In this document: positions 25,666 to 38,300 of the stretch, in pieces
How the letters are laid out: every line of letters begins with the position of its first letter
How positions within the stretch are numbered: the stretch's first letter is position 1
NCBI RefSeq assembly: GCF_030684315.1
Contig: NC_081396.1
Location: 4,464,001-4,528,000 of the forward strand
Length of the DNA: 64,000 nt
Source of the DNA: Stegostoma tigrinum
Taxonomy: Eukaryota
Direction: 5' to 3'
Notes under the pieces: model-generated
The model's input: only the letters and a program-made list of their open reading frames with translations
The model's database searches: none
Told to the model about the DNA's origin: nothing
Program-made: the position numbers and the translations under genes

Positions 25666-26757
25666 GCCAATCATCCAACCTAAACTTTGGGTCCACGATG
25701 TGGATGACACCTTTGTCATCACTAAACAAAACAAATTAGAGGAAACCTTCAAGATCATCAATAATACCCTTTACTGGCATAACATTCACAAAAGAGGAGG
25801 AAAACAAAAATAAACTTCCATTCCTAGATGTCACAGTCGAGCGAACAGCCAGTGGGGAACTTCAAACCAGCGTCTACACGAAAACAGCACATATGGACGA
25901 AATACTGAACTACAGGAGCAACTATCCAACACCCACAAACGAAGCTGCATTAGAACATTATTCATACGAGCCCCGACACACTGCAGCACAGAGGAACTAC
26001 GCAGAGCAGAGGAAAATCACCTATACAGTGTATTCAAAAAGAACGGATGCCCTACGAAAACAGTCAGCCGATTCCTCAGCAATAAACCCAAACAAACAGA
26101 CAAAACGGGCTCAGAAACCATACCCACTCTCCCCTGCATCAAAGACATTTCCGAAATGATTGCCAGACTACACGGACCTCTGGGCATCAGGGGAGCCCAC
26201 AAACCCACCAACACACTAAAACAGCAGCTATGAACTTAAAAGACCCCATACAGACAACAAATAAAGCGAATATCATCTACAAAATACCTTGCATGAACTG
26301 TGACAAACACTACATTGGACAAACAGGCAGACAGCGAGCCACCAAGATACATGAACATCTACTAGCCACAAAACGACATGATACACTATCACTCGTATCC
26401 TTACAAACATATGAGGAAGGACGCCACTTTGATTGGGACAACAAAACAATCCGAGGACAAGCCAAACAGAGACACGCACGAGAATTCCCAGAAGCATGGC
26501 ATTCCACCCGGAACTCCATCAACAAACACCTTGATTTGGAGCCAATCTACCATCCGCTGAGAAAAGGAACAGGAAATGACATCACCAACGAAAGGAAACC
26601 GAACCAGATAAATAGAAAGTGCGACATAACTCCAGTGCTTCGTCGGAGGCTCACTGATGATGTTACCCAGAATGGTGACGAAACTTCTGAAAACTAACCT
26701 TGCAGCTCGGCGAGCAAACGGACATCCAGAACCTCAACCTGAACTACAAATCTTCTC
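25666..26757 (+). mobile_element. Penelope-like element (second family), 5'-truncated
   Basis: RT motif LWVHDVDDTFVI, LPFLDV; GIY-YIG NIIYKIPCMNCDKHYIGQTGR...HEH; 10-bp TSD aatagtcagt at 25656-25665 and 26758-26767. Confidence 0.92.
26651..26690 (+). ncRNA. Minimal hammerhead ribozyme motif in PLE 3' repeat
   Basis: tca-CTGATGA-t-gttacc-cagaat-ggtgac-GAAACTTC-tga; stem I tca/tga, stem II gttacc/ggtgac. Confidence 0.65.
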
Positions 26758-27519
26758 AATAGTCAGTTGTGTCAGACATCAGCATCTCCGAGATATTCAA
26801 TTGGAACAATCAGTTTATCGGTTGGAGGGTATCAGAAAAGTATGCCTCAGAGAAATTTGCCTTTACTTCAGCAGAACGTCCCGAGTGCCTCCAGGCTTTA
26901 AACTCAGGCTGTCTACCTGGGCACTGACGGCGCCAGCTTAAGGAATCAGCATAATCAGAGACGGTGCACTTTCAAGTGACATCTTCTCCATCTGTCTTTG
27001 TTGTTGTTGAGAAACAGAAGCTCCACCGCTCAATTCTGGAACACAACGTTATAGAAAAACAGCGATTAAATATTGCATTGAACTGAATTGCAGGTGGGAA
27101 GACACGGCACTACGAAAACAAAGCGAGGATTGAAAGGAGAAAAGAAGACCATTTCGTGCACCAGGCCAATGTCTGTGAGTGTTATAACTAGCAACAACCT
27201 GTCTACATCAGCCTTTAATTTGATGAGCAAATCTCCACATCCCTTCCTCCGATGCACATTATTCTTGGCTCATTTTAATTTGCTATTTGTTATTCACTCC
27301 AAATGGCCACGGCCATGACAACCACATTTTACTTGATCTCTTGATGAATGAAATTCTCAAAAAGCCTTCATGGATCATTCTATGGCAAACAATGTGTTCA
27401 TTTAAATTTATCAATGTGGAATCTTTCTCCGGTGGGAATGTGTTATCTTTGTCCAGAACAGAAGATATGTCACCAATGAAATGTCACCAGTCTGGTTCCT
27501 CGTTCGTCTTCTCGCCAGC

Positions 27520-28570
27520 TCAGAAACTCAGGGGTTCATTATGACTGGCTTTATGAACAGCAGGTATGAGATGGTAAACTGTGAAAGTTATTCTGTTCTC
27601 TCAGACCAAATTCACATGTTGATATTCATGTTGATAACAATGAATTAATTGTTCATAAATCCGTTTATAGTAAACTACAACATGTACTTCATTGAATTTC
27701 AAATGACGCTACCTCTTGCCGAAGCATATGCTGCTATTGGTGCGATTGGAGAGAGTGCAGACTTTCTTCAAACGTTAGCATGGTGACTGAACAAGTTCTA
27801 AATAGAAAGAAGGTAGCTTTGAAAAGTTGTTAGTTGATTTCTGTAGTTTGAAGAATGTGTAGATTTTAAAATGAGTTACTTGTTATGAGATCTGCAGTTG
27901 TAAATAATAAATTTAGACTAACTGTCATGTTTTTCGGCAGTTAATGTGGCTTGAACAAAGTATCATGACATTGAAGTTGTTAAAATGAAGAATTGTGTTA
28001 ATGTTGAATAACATCCGAAGTCTCCATAGATTGGTTCATTGTTGAACATCGTCAGCAGGTGAACTCCAACAGCCTACTGCTCGTTTCTGCACCAGGTTCT
28101 GACATAAGATGTGCAGCAGTGAATGGAACAAGGACTGAGTCAAGAATTAAACTCAATGTTATTCTTTGAATATTTTCCATCTTCGAGCTGGATGGTCTTA
28201 AGTGAATCAGCTCACGTTGCCCTGGTATCAGCACCGAATATTCCCTTTAAAATATCTGTGCAATGACTTTTAACCTCCCTACGGGTGACGTAATGTGGGG
28301 AATAGACCAACAGTGCGATTATAACGGGTCACGCTCAGGGGTTTAATATGAATAGCTTTTTGAGCAGCAGATATGAAATGACAAACTGTGACAGCTATAT
28401 TGCTCTGAAAAACCAACATCACATGTTGATATTTACAACAAATTAATTATTCATTAAACCATTTATAATAAAATAATGCCGGTATTTTATTGAATTTCAA
28501 ATGAGGCTGCCACCTGTGGAAGCAGCTGCTGCGATTTAAGAGAGTGCAGACTTTCTACTAAGTGTTTGCT
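27520..28570. repeat. Diverged direct repeat (~27520-27785 and ~28330-28570)
   Basis: Shared ctcaggggtt, cacatgttgatatt, attgaatttcaaatga, gagagtgcagactttct. Confidence 0.85.
27860..28260 (-). pseudogene. TCR-type V segment relic
   Basis: RAT*ADSL / RPSSSKMENIQRITLS / SYVRTWCR / TSSRLLEF / YFVQATLTAENMTVSL; CRE-like tgacgtaa at 28285-28292 just upstream. Confidence 0.45.
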
Positions 28571-28789
28571 GGGAACGAGAAGAAATCTATTCTTAAGGAC
28601 AGAACTTTCCAATAGAAAATATCCACCTCAATTAAAAACACTGCATTTTACAATTTCTTTCATTGCATTTTCTGAGTTTATGATCACGATGGTCAGGAAT
28701 TTTGTCTTCTAGCAATATGGTTGAGAGTTTGGAGAGGTGTTTGGTCAGATTTTGACACTTCACTTGGTGGAAACCTGTTACAATGCAGG

Positions 28790-29290
28790 GGCATGTGCAT
28801 GCCCTTTGTCAGTTCAGTCTCAGTCTGACATGTCAGAATCCTGCAATTGTTCTGTATTGAAGCAGAGTCTTTCAAGTAAGTGGAGGACGTTTTTGAATTT
28901 AACAACAGACGCCACAATGGCAATGGGTTTATTTCATGAAATCTATTGCTGCAACTGAGTACAGATAGATGTGACCTCTTTGCCCAGCTTCACATTACTG
29001 ACGAAAGTTTCCTTCTGCAAGAGGAACAAGCGCTAAATCTTAGAATGCAATGGGAAAAATGTAATAATGTTTCCCTGCTTCAAAGAAATAGTATGGGTCA
29101 CTATGCAGTCCTGTAAACGAAAGGATACTTGCTTGTTTCTACATCAGAGGTGGCACAGGCCAGAAAATGATGGAGACTCTGGGAGAAAAATTAAGGGGTG
29201 TCAGCAGACAAAAAGCTGATTTATGTACAGGGAAGTAAAAATATTGAAAGGCAGTCGCGGAAGGTTGAGGTGATTACTCATATTAACATG
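28790..29290 (-). pseudogene. TCR-type V segment relic with leader and intron
   Basis: Leader-like ~29290-29230; tttacag| GLHSD / TISLKQGNIITF ... TSSTYLK / TEQLQDSDMSD. Confidence 0.38.
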
Positions 29291-29539
29291 GAGGGAATCA
29301 GTTGACGAGCCATTGAGAGAAACACATGAAGTGTCAGGGAGCCATGGCAACTGACAAATACGGAGAAGCAACGAACGTCACTATGCATGAATAGGAGAGG
29401 GGGAAAGGGTGAGTCACAAGAGATATACTGAGAGAAACGTTGATTGAAATGTCAACATGAATTTCAGGAAATGCAATAAAATAAAATGAAACATGGAAGT
29501 TGTGTAAATTCTGAGAGACATTAGAATTTCTCCGGTCGA

Positions 29540-30115
29540 CATAACAAGATTGATCCTATGTATTCATCAAGAATTTATGAATGTCAGCGTTTTAACTACA
29601 ATTTGGGATCTATCTGGGATCTATCTGCTTCTACTTCACACAAGTCATTCGACAATTCTAATGGACAGATGATGACATCACTGAATCGGTTTCGAAGTGT
29701 TTCAAAAAATGCAGNNNNNNNNNNNNNNNNNNNNNNNNNNNNNNNNNNNNNNNNNNNNNNNNNNNNNNNNNNNNNNNNNNNNNNNNNNNNNNNNNNNNNN
29801 NNNNNNNNNNNNNNNNNNNNNNNNNNNNNNNNNNNNNNNNNNNNNNNNNNNNNNNNNNNNNNGTACATTGAAACTTTTTTTTCTGTTTAGCCTAAGCTTT
29901 CTGTGTTAATCTTCATTTCAAGGCTACTGCTGGAGGTGGAAGATTTCTTTCTCTCTTGTACATTAACGAAGCATATGGTATTTTCTGACAATGCCTGTCG
30001 TTTAATGGTCACCACTTCACCTTTGATTCCTTGTGATTGCAGACTGACTAAAATCAAATTTGCATGTTGCTCTGGGCAAACTTTAAATCAGGATGAATAC
30101 CCAAATTTTCCTAAA
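29540..30115 (-). pseudogene. V segment relic(s) spanning the assembly gap
   Basis: KIWVFILI*SLPRATCKFDFSQS / GIKGEVVTIKR / YKRE before the gap; FFETLRNRFS ... PKL*LK after it. Confidence 0.36.
29715..29862. other. Assembly gap (N run)
   Basis: Run of n. Confidence 0.99.
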
Positions 30116-31009
30116 TGAATTGTTTGGGTGGTTGATCACTATGTTAGCGATTTCATAACCGATGGCGGGAATGTGCAAACACTATGTCATAGCTCCCTCT
30201 TTTGAGGATAAGAAATACAGAATCCTTTTTTACTTCTGCAAATACATTGAATTCTCAAGAAATCGACAGATTTTGCTGCCTGTCTATGTGAACTATTCTT
30301 ATCATCACTGTTCCTCGCATAATACATTTTAAACAGATGAGCGTATTTTCCAGGATTTCTTATCAACTTCAGCTTGAATTATCTTCATTCATTTTGATTT
30401 TTTTTCAATCAGTGTTTTAGAAACACCTGGCATATACATTCAAACTAATGTGAAACCACAGTGATCACCACAAATGGACATGTTCACACAAATAAAGAAG
30501 ATAGACAAAATTCTGTTTAAAAATATATCCTAAATACCGTGGAACTTCAATGAGGTCACATCGATGTGAAGCTTTCCCTCGTGTTCAGTGGGTTGTTACT
30601 TTTGTGTCAGTTGTAACTGCTCGCATGACCTGACTTTGGCATTGATAACTGGGAGATTAGTGGAAGAAACTGAAAATTGATAACCTGGAAAGTATTGTCA
30701 GTGCCTCATTGTTTGAGGTTAGAACAGAATCATCGAGAAACTTTCGGATTTCTAGTAAACAGTATGTTTGGTTAATAGTTTTGTCCGAGTATTGAAAAAT
30801 GCTACTGCTTTTGACAATTTCACCCATACCCCCTGGATTGTGAAGTTAGAATGTACTAGATATAGATTCATAAACATTCAGTGTGAGGTGCTTTATCTGC
30901 TCCAGGCAAAGGACAAATGCACAAGGAATTCTGGATCATGCACGATCACAAGGCAAAGTATCAGCTCCCGTTATAACCAAAACAAATGGTGTAGAACAGT
31001 AACCTGCGA

Positions 31010-31458
31010 CATGTCGCATGATAAACGGCTAAGGATCCTCGGATTGTACTCATTAGCGTTTAGAAGGTTGAGGGGAGATCTAATAGAAACGTACAAGATA
31101 ATGTATGGTTTAGAAGGGGTGGATGCGAAGAAGTTGCTTCGGTTAGTTGAGCAGACTAGGACCCGTGGTCACAGCCTTAAAATTAAAGGGGGTAAATTTA
31201 CAACTGAAATGACGTGACATTTCTTCAGCCAGAGAGTGGTGGGCTTGTGGAATTCTTTGCCACGGAGTGCAGTGGAGGCCGCGACGTTGGATGCCTTCAA
31301 GGCAGAGATCGACAAATTCTTGATCTCAGAAGGAGTCAAGGGCTACGGGGAGAGTGCAGGGAAGTGGAGTTGAAATGCCCATCAGCCACGATTTAAATGG
31401 TGGAAAGGACTTGATAGGCCCAATGGCCTTACTTCCACTCCTATGCCTTATGGTCTTG
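31010..31458 (+). mobile_element. CR1 LINE 3' fragment
   Basis: RLRILGLYSLAFRRLRGDLIETYKIM...TRGHSLK; tail cttatggtcttg. Confidence 0.9.
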
Positions 31459-31719
31459 TATCTCATAAACCCATTAATGCTGCTGCCATCTGTTGTGGAA
31501 CATTTCTTTCATTATTCTGCATCTTGGTTGAAACTTTTGAAAGCAAAGTTAAAACACGAGGGGCGTCCTTGGCGTCTCATCTTAAAAGCAGTTTCTACTG
31601 ATTAATAATCAAAGGCACCACATAATGATCAGTGTTCAAACCTAATCGACCATTTCACAGGAAGATTTATTTTCTCCACGCGCTCCTTTGTGAAGACAAC
31701 ATTTTGTTGATCCCTAAAT

Positions 31720-32340
31720 ACAGGTGCTTATTTTCTTTGGCCCTGACGAAATTATTGTGCATAGGTTTAGCTTTTTCAGTCTGTGGTTTTTGAGATGTAT
31801 TTTCGCCACCAAAAGTGATGGCAAAACCTCCATTTGTGGTGGAATGTTTATACTTCTTTAGAACAAATTTTGGAAAATCAATCTGTTCCACTCGAGGCAA
31901 CAGCACTTCGCGAAAGATGAGCTGCCTTGTAAAAGCCTCCGACTTGGAGAAGCACCTCATTTTCTTCTGTTTGTTTCTCCTGACACACAGTATCCAAATT
32001 ACACTCAGCTGAAGAATTGAATGAATTAATTTGCTTCAGCCATGTCTTTCACTGAATCAAAAATGCCTTCACTGCAAGATAAAGTGTGACGCCGGAAGAA
32101 CAGAGCAGGCCAAGCAGCATCTCAGGAGCACAAAAGCTGACAATGAAGGGTCTAGGCCCGTAACGTCAGCTTTTGTGCTCCTGAAATGCTGCTTGGCTGC
32201 TGTGTTCATCCAGCTGCACACTTTGTTGTCTTGGATTCTCCAACATCTGCAGTTCCCATTATCACTGCCTTCACTGCAGGTGTGTTTTGCACATGAGTCC
32301 AGACCCACAGCAGCGCAGTTGATACTGATTTGCTTTGTGA
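31720..32340 (-). pseudogene. TCR-type V segment relic (leader ~32340-32292; V exon from 32008)
   Basis: Leader-like STALLWVWTH; cttcag|ct acceptor; ECNLDTVCQEKQTEENEVLLQ / FPKFVLKKYKHSTTNGGFA / ISKTTD*K; mini-PLE in the leader intron. Confidence 0.5.
32077..32265. mobile_element. Miniature palindromic Penelope pseudo-LTR element
   Basis: Opposed pLTR ends plus tail; 13-bp TSD tgccttcactgca at 32064-32076 and 32266-32278. Confidence 0.9.
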
Positions 32341-32989
32341 TGCGGCATCGCAGCGACTCAGTTAAAATTGTGATTGCTAACAAACGTTGCTCTTGTCCAT
32401 GATTTCAACATCCATGAAGCAGCAAGTAAATTCATAATTTGAGTAACTGGCCCAGCAAAATTCTCAGCACTGAAATCTGTCGCAATTATTTTTTCGAGTA
32501 AGCTGCAATTAATCAACAGCCATATGTACACTTTTTGTTTGTTTCCAAAATAATTGTTGTTTATTTTACCATGTAAATATTTTCTGTCCTTTTTTCATAC
32601 ATTTACGTTATATTTTTATTCCCTTGCTTCCTCTTTACTTTGTTGCATTTTTGATTATTCCTCTTACTTTCCCTTCATGTTCTGTTGGAAATGTTTACAG
32701 AACTTTGTTTTGGACAGACTTCATTTTTCAGGAAAATGAATGTTTTTAAAAACAGCAACAGTTTTCCAAGCACAAAATACAATTCTCTCAAGGTTAAATG
32801 TTTCACAAAATTTCTCCGACAATATGACCTTGTTTTGAATTGAAATGCGAACTTTCTAGTTCCTCCAATTTCTCAAACAGATTGTCTCAGTCTTCTTTTC
32901 CCGCATAACATAGGAGTGATTTGATCCATTCTCAGAGAATATGTGGGCAGGCTTGGTGTATCAGTTATTAATTAATCATCGTGGCGTCG

Positions 32990-33298
32990 ACAGTTCTGCT
33001 GTCAGTGGCCACACTGGTGTAATATTCATCAGTGTAATTTAATTGTCGTTCAGTTTCCTGTCAATCACACCGATGTGCTGTCTCTGTTTTTGTCTTGCCC
33101 TCCATAGCTGAAGACAGTCTCCCTGGTTGACAGTTGATTTCACCTTTGACCAACACGTGCCCATTTCTGGTCAGAGCTGAAAATAAACTATTGCACTTTG
33201 AAAGCAGCATCTCGTTCTTGTCCGCACACACACCAACATCAAATTTATGCTGTTATATTCTGTAATTGAACACTGGAATAAACTTTTTAGCATGTGGC
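32990..33298 (-). pseudogene. Possible V segment relic
   Basis: ctgcag| acceptor; ~300 bp ending ETERQLNYTDEYYTSV (cf. ELQLxDTAxYYC). Confidence 0.3.
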
Positions 33299-34429
33299 TC
33301 TGCAGAGTAAAACTGATATTCGATTTGATACCTGAATAGGCTGCCTATGATTGCATCTATATCATTTTAATACATTCTCTCCCAATGATTTTGATCTTAC
33401 TGACCAATGTATTTCTGTTGCATATTTTTCAGTGATACAGAAATTATCCAAAATACTCCAGCACCTCAACAATAACGAGTGTCAACCTGTCCCAGAGGCT
33501 GAGAAGCCGAGAAAGTGCATTATTCCACTCTTTATGATCTCGTGAATTTTAACCTGCATTTTGTAACAATCAAGATGCTCTCACCACACTGTCTTGTGCT
33601 TCCACTGGTGCTGTGAAACTGGGAAGGGGAGCTGTGTTTTTTTTTCTTTTTAAGTTAATCGACAGCCCACATGGAGGGCCAAACTATTTTTGGGAAAATA
33701 TACTCGTACAATTTGAGCAATAAATTTGTCTTTTAGCGCATCTGTTTCTGACTTTCAGAATATAATGCCGACACTCAGGCATACCTTCATAAAAAGACTT
33801 ATTGATGGCCCATACAAGAGAAGCAGAGCCTAGCCAGTCATCATTCTTAGGATGGATATTTGATAAACTATCTAGATGGATCCACACCTCGATATTTTAA
33901 ACAAAATTTTATTTTACAATATATTTATTCAACTTCAGTTTGAATTTTACTCGTCAGTTATTTATCCAGACCCCTGTCTGGCCTCAGTTTCAACATCAAC
34001 ATTAATTTATTTAACAAAAGAAAAGGAATTACGATTTTTATCGATATCCTACACTGATCAAAAGTTAGAAAACTTTTTTTTTCAGTGTAAGTTATGAAAA
34101 CAATATCAATCCAACTCTTGAGGAAGAAATCCCCATGTTACTCTTGTATGACGGGAGATCAAACTCAATCAGACGGGAAAAAATGGACCTCAGTCTCATT
34201 TAGAGAGATTACATTTCTAATCGTGCCAGACTCCTGCAGAACTGGCTACAAGAATTGGATTGTAGGATAAGGCCCCGATTGATGCAGTTTGCATTTTTGA
34301 AATTGAATTGACGCCTCTGGTTTAAAGATCAGATGGGCGACATTTGATTCCACATGGCGAGCTAACTGGACAGTGGAGAAACAAAATCACGAAGAGATAA
34401 ATGGCATGAGGTTTGCACGGAGGGCGATG

Positions 34430-35332
34430 AATATATTATTTATTTCCCACTGTTTAATAGAAGCAATGTCAGTGACGGTGGAGCACAGCAGGATGCTCTT
34501 CATCCCCTCTCAAAAACGTTTCTGGGTCACCGCAGAGATGCAGACATTCTGGTTGGGGTTAAATATTAGGGACGTGTTCGTCATCTCTGAAAGAATGCAC
34601 TGTAGCCATTGAAATCATCAAGGCTGAAATAGAATCTGTCCGTGGAGGAAATGCACAAAACATGTGGTCCACAGAAGGAGGAAGCTGAGAGAAACAGTGA
34701 AGAGGAGGACAATTGACTTGTGGCTGATTGACTTCTCCAGTGCTTCTTGCTTACGTTTGTCCCAGAGTCTCCTTCGGTCTTGGCTGGCTGCAGTGATGAG
34801 TCTGGCGGTCAGAACATTGAGAAGCAGAATGAAATTGTATCAGATAAACGGAATGAAGATATATTCCAGCTCTTGGTCAGCCTCTCAGGTGAGTGAGGTG
34901 TAAAATGTATGCCTAACGTCACAGAACGACGGCACACCATCCCGTATACGCATGGGCTGGTAGCTGACGTCCAACAATGATCTTAACACTGATCAGCAGA
35001 CAAATTACTCCTATGGTCAGAGGTGCAACTTGGTCAGACCAGTTTCTGTTCTTCAGGCTCTGGAAGCAGGTGGCCACAAAATGGACACTGATAAAGACCA
35101 CAATCCACCAGGGTGAGAAATCCTGGGAGGCAAATGCCAGGACATTATTGAGCTTGAAAGAGGGAGTTGTTACAGGACGCATTCATGAAAGTTGCTCCCA
35201 ATGATCTGGCTGATAATGATGGCACGGATGTTGACAAGGAAATCAGGCAACACAATCGCCATCAGATAGTAGCATATGAAAAACGAAATGCCACTCGGTC
35301 CTGGGGTTAGGATCACAATCGCTACATATCAG
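34430..35332 (-). pseudogene. GPR139/GPR142-like orphan GPCR pseudogene, main exon (possible first exon ~36250-36141)
   Basis: VAIVILTPGPSGISFFICYYLMAIVLPDFLV (TM1-2), DFSPWWIVVFISVHFVATCFQSLK (TM3), HKSIVLLFTVSLSFLLLWT (TM6), NVCISAVTQKRF*E (TM7/H8); stops and frameshifts. Confidence 0.8.
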
Positions 35333-38300
35333 CTTGGTGAAAAATATTACTCAGTAGCCATCAGTAAAAAATAAAAATCCTCGACCAGGTTTGATTGAAA
35401 CCTTCTTAATTCCTCCCCTGGCCACATCCTAACTCTGATTATTATGAAGCACAGATAATTTTTCACCTTCCAATGTTGGATGAAGCAATTGTCATGGAGA
35501 CTTTGCAGTCAGTGTCTGAAATAAATTTGGTTCTTTGGCAACTGAGTCAAATCCGTGCTCAACTATAACATGTACGCCAATCATAAAAAAAAATTGAGGC
35601 CAGTCCTGTATTCGTATCAAGACCCATTCTGCACACATTCTCTGTTAGCTGATCGGAAGTTACTTCTTGCCTGGCAACCGCTGGGTTTCAGTCATCACTT
35701 CCATCGAATTTCCAACTAATTTGATAGTCCTGAACTCCCTGTCCTTATTCATTGTTCAATGATCACCGATTTCGGGGATCAGCTTTTTTAACATTCCTGA
35801 TATCACCTGCTCAGACAGTGCCGTTTATGCCTGACATATCGATATCCTGATGTATTTAAGTTCACTCCTTCATGGCTCAGCATTACCTAATTTCTTTTGG
35901 ATTCTTCTGTTGCCCTAACTCCTTCATCAAACTTTGAATCAAATACCTCTTGATATTTTTTCTTTATGAAATTTCTTGTTATTCCTGCTCTGAAATATCC
36001 ACACGATGTGAAATGCAAAGACTGAACAAGAAGACAGAACTGGCACAGGTAGAAATTAGCAATAAAATGCAACTTTCTCGGAGATATGAACACACAAGCA
36101 AAATGTACAAATGACACACTCAGCAAGACAACTTTCATTTACCAGTGATCCAGCTCGCTCACAGTGAAAAGGATGTCCAATACTCTTGTACCCTTTAACC
36201 AGGGTTTCCTGAGTAGATTAGGTTAACAGCCTCCATTGGGGGACTCATGTTCAACAGGGCCCACCACCGGTCTTCGTTACAGTCATTAGACCCCAATCTA
36301 ATCTTACCTCTTTTCTTCCTTTGCATCAGCGGACACAACCACAGCCTAGACAACCATTCTTCCGAGCTGTCACGTTCCAGTCCAGTCGAGTATCTTCTCA
36401 CCAATAAAATCACATATTTTCTTTGAATAGGTCTGTTTGGATATGATATGCCACATCTCCAAGGCAGCTAGTGCTTGACCACAATGTTTGGCAAAGCAGC
36501 ATCACTGATTGTGCCAGCGTTTAATCCCCACCCTAGGGTTCCATTGAGAAGGTGGTGATAAGCTGCCTGCCTGAACTGCTGAAGCACCTCTGCACTCGGT
36601 AGACCCACAATGCCCTGAGGGAGGGAATTCCAGGATTTTAAATCTTTTGAAGTATTGCTGAGATTGAGTACACCTAAATACTTTCTGTTATGGGATGATT
36701 AGTCTGAAGACAGGATTTGAGTGCTGGCCTCATGAATAACATACATACGTTGTCTTGTTTTTTTTAATCAGTCTCACATCAATGGATTGCTTGTTGAGGG
36801 TGTAGTGATTTACAGTGTTCCAATGAATCTCTGGAAAATTGAAACCAAAGGAGTGACTCTCTGAAAATCAGTTTTTAAAATCTGAGAATGAATTGGATTT
36901 CTTTTGACAAGGGTGTCTCTTGCATTTTAGTCAACTTGATTTCTCATGTCTTTGCTCATAATGATTTCTTTAACTTCTGCATTTTGTCAAGCCATTGGCA
37001 GCTCATTATTTTCAGAGATGTTTTTGTTTACTACCATGAGAAAATTATTGCAAAACCTGGGGCATTGACGGGTTGCCATCTGAACACAACGTGCACTTGT
37101 GCGAGACCATGCCCCCCCAAAATTCAGAAAGCTCATCTTGTGTGCTTCTGTTCTGGACTGATGGACAGGGAATTTAGAAAGTCTTCTTAGAGGGGAGTGA
37201 AGGAGATGACTTACACATTGAAAACTCAAACCAAGGGAAATACTTGTCTCCTCGAATGTTCTGTCAGTCACTGACACTCATGACCTTTGTGATACAATTT
37301 TCTGGGGAATTAAACGAGTTGACACTGAAAGATTTTTTCTCATTTCCCTCAAGAATATGGATCCAGCCAGATTGCTTAAAATTGAAGGCAGTGAAATTGT
37401 TTTTAGAGTTTAGAATTATTAAGCTTTTCTTTGCAAATTGAAGCCTTCGCTCTCCTCTCTTCCTCCATGTTTCTGAAGCTGGTGAGGCTCCTTTACTGTG
37501 GATTCCAGTCAATACCCATCCATTGCTTCATTACACCTCTGTACTCCCTGAACAGCTCTGACTCTAATCATGTTTGTCTGTTAATTGTGTATCATATTTT
37601 GTTAAGGTTTCTGCAGAATGCGTGTCAATGAATTTTTCACTGATACCAATTTACCGGATTTACTTTCCCATCATCTGAAACTGCTTTTCCTCCATTAGCG
37701 TGCATTTCTGCCTCTGAGCTTATGTAGACAATGGCATTCTGCACCATTTTTATGACCTGGAATTCATTCAGCTCATCCAGAAATGTGGCTATTTATCTCC
37801 CACAGATTGTTTCCTCACATTAATTAATTGCAAAATTTTCTCTTCTTGTATCAGATTCAATGTATCCACAGAGTTGACAAACAAGTCTTGAAACACAGAT
37901 GGACCTGTCAACACAAAGCACACAAGTTGCAATATTTTGGATCACGTCAAAATTAACGAGACGCTGAAGATGTAGAGGCAGTTGTGACGATTTTCTTAAT
38001 TTTATTCACAAGATGAGGGTGTCGCTGACTAGACCAGCATTTCTAACTCATTACATATTGACCAGAGGGCAGTAAAAGAGAGAACACTGTTGCTGTGTGT
38101 CTGGGGTAGCTGGAAAGACGGGCCAGGTAAGGACGTTTGTTTCCTTACTTGAAGGCCTTTTGAGAACAAGATGGGATTTTTTGACTGTTGATCGTGGATT
38201 CACGATCATCGTTACTTAATTCTAGATATATTTAAATTCAATTTTAATTCACCCAAATCAAGTGATCGGAATCCAACTTGTTCTTTTGGCAAATGTAAGC

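Larger units (their letters stand above)
25600..27152 (-). pseudogene. TCR alpha/delta V pseudogene with 23-RSS, split by a Penelope-like insertion
   Basis: Leader ATG 27152; acceptor ttccag|27035; ASVSQQ/TKTDGEDVT*KCTVSDYADSLSWRRQCPGRQPEFKAWRHSG...ANFSEAYFS...LFQLNISEMLMSDTTD[PLE]YYCVIWS; RSS follows. Confidence 0.88.

Noticed and set aside
30457-30496. Perfect heptamer cacagtg with an A-rich tract 22-24 bp later
   Set aside because: No V coding sequence upstream on the plus strand and a poor nonamer; heptamers occur by chance.
30550-30900. Further Ig-like relic on minus (HTVY*K...RLSIFS...SYQCQ)
   Set aside because: Too degenerate to support by eye.
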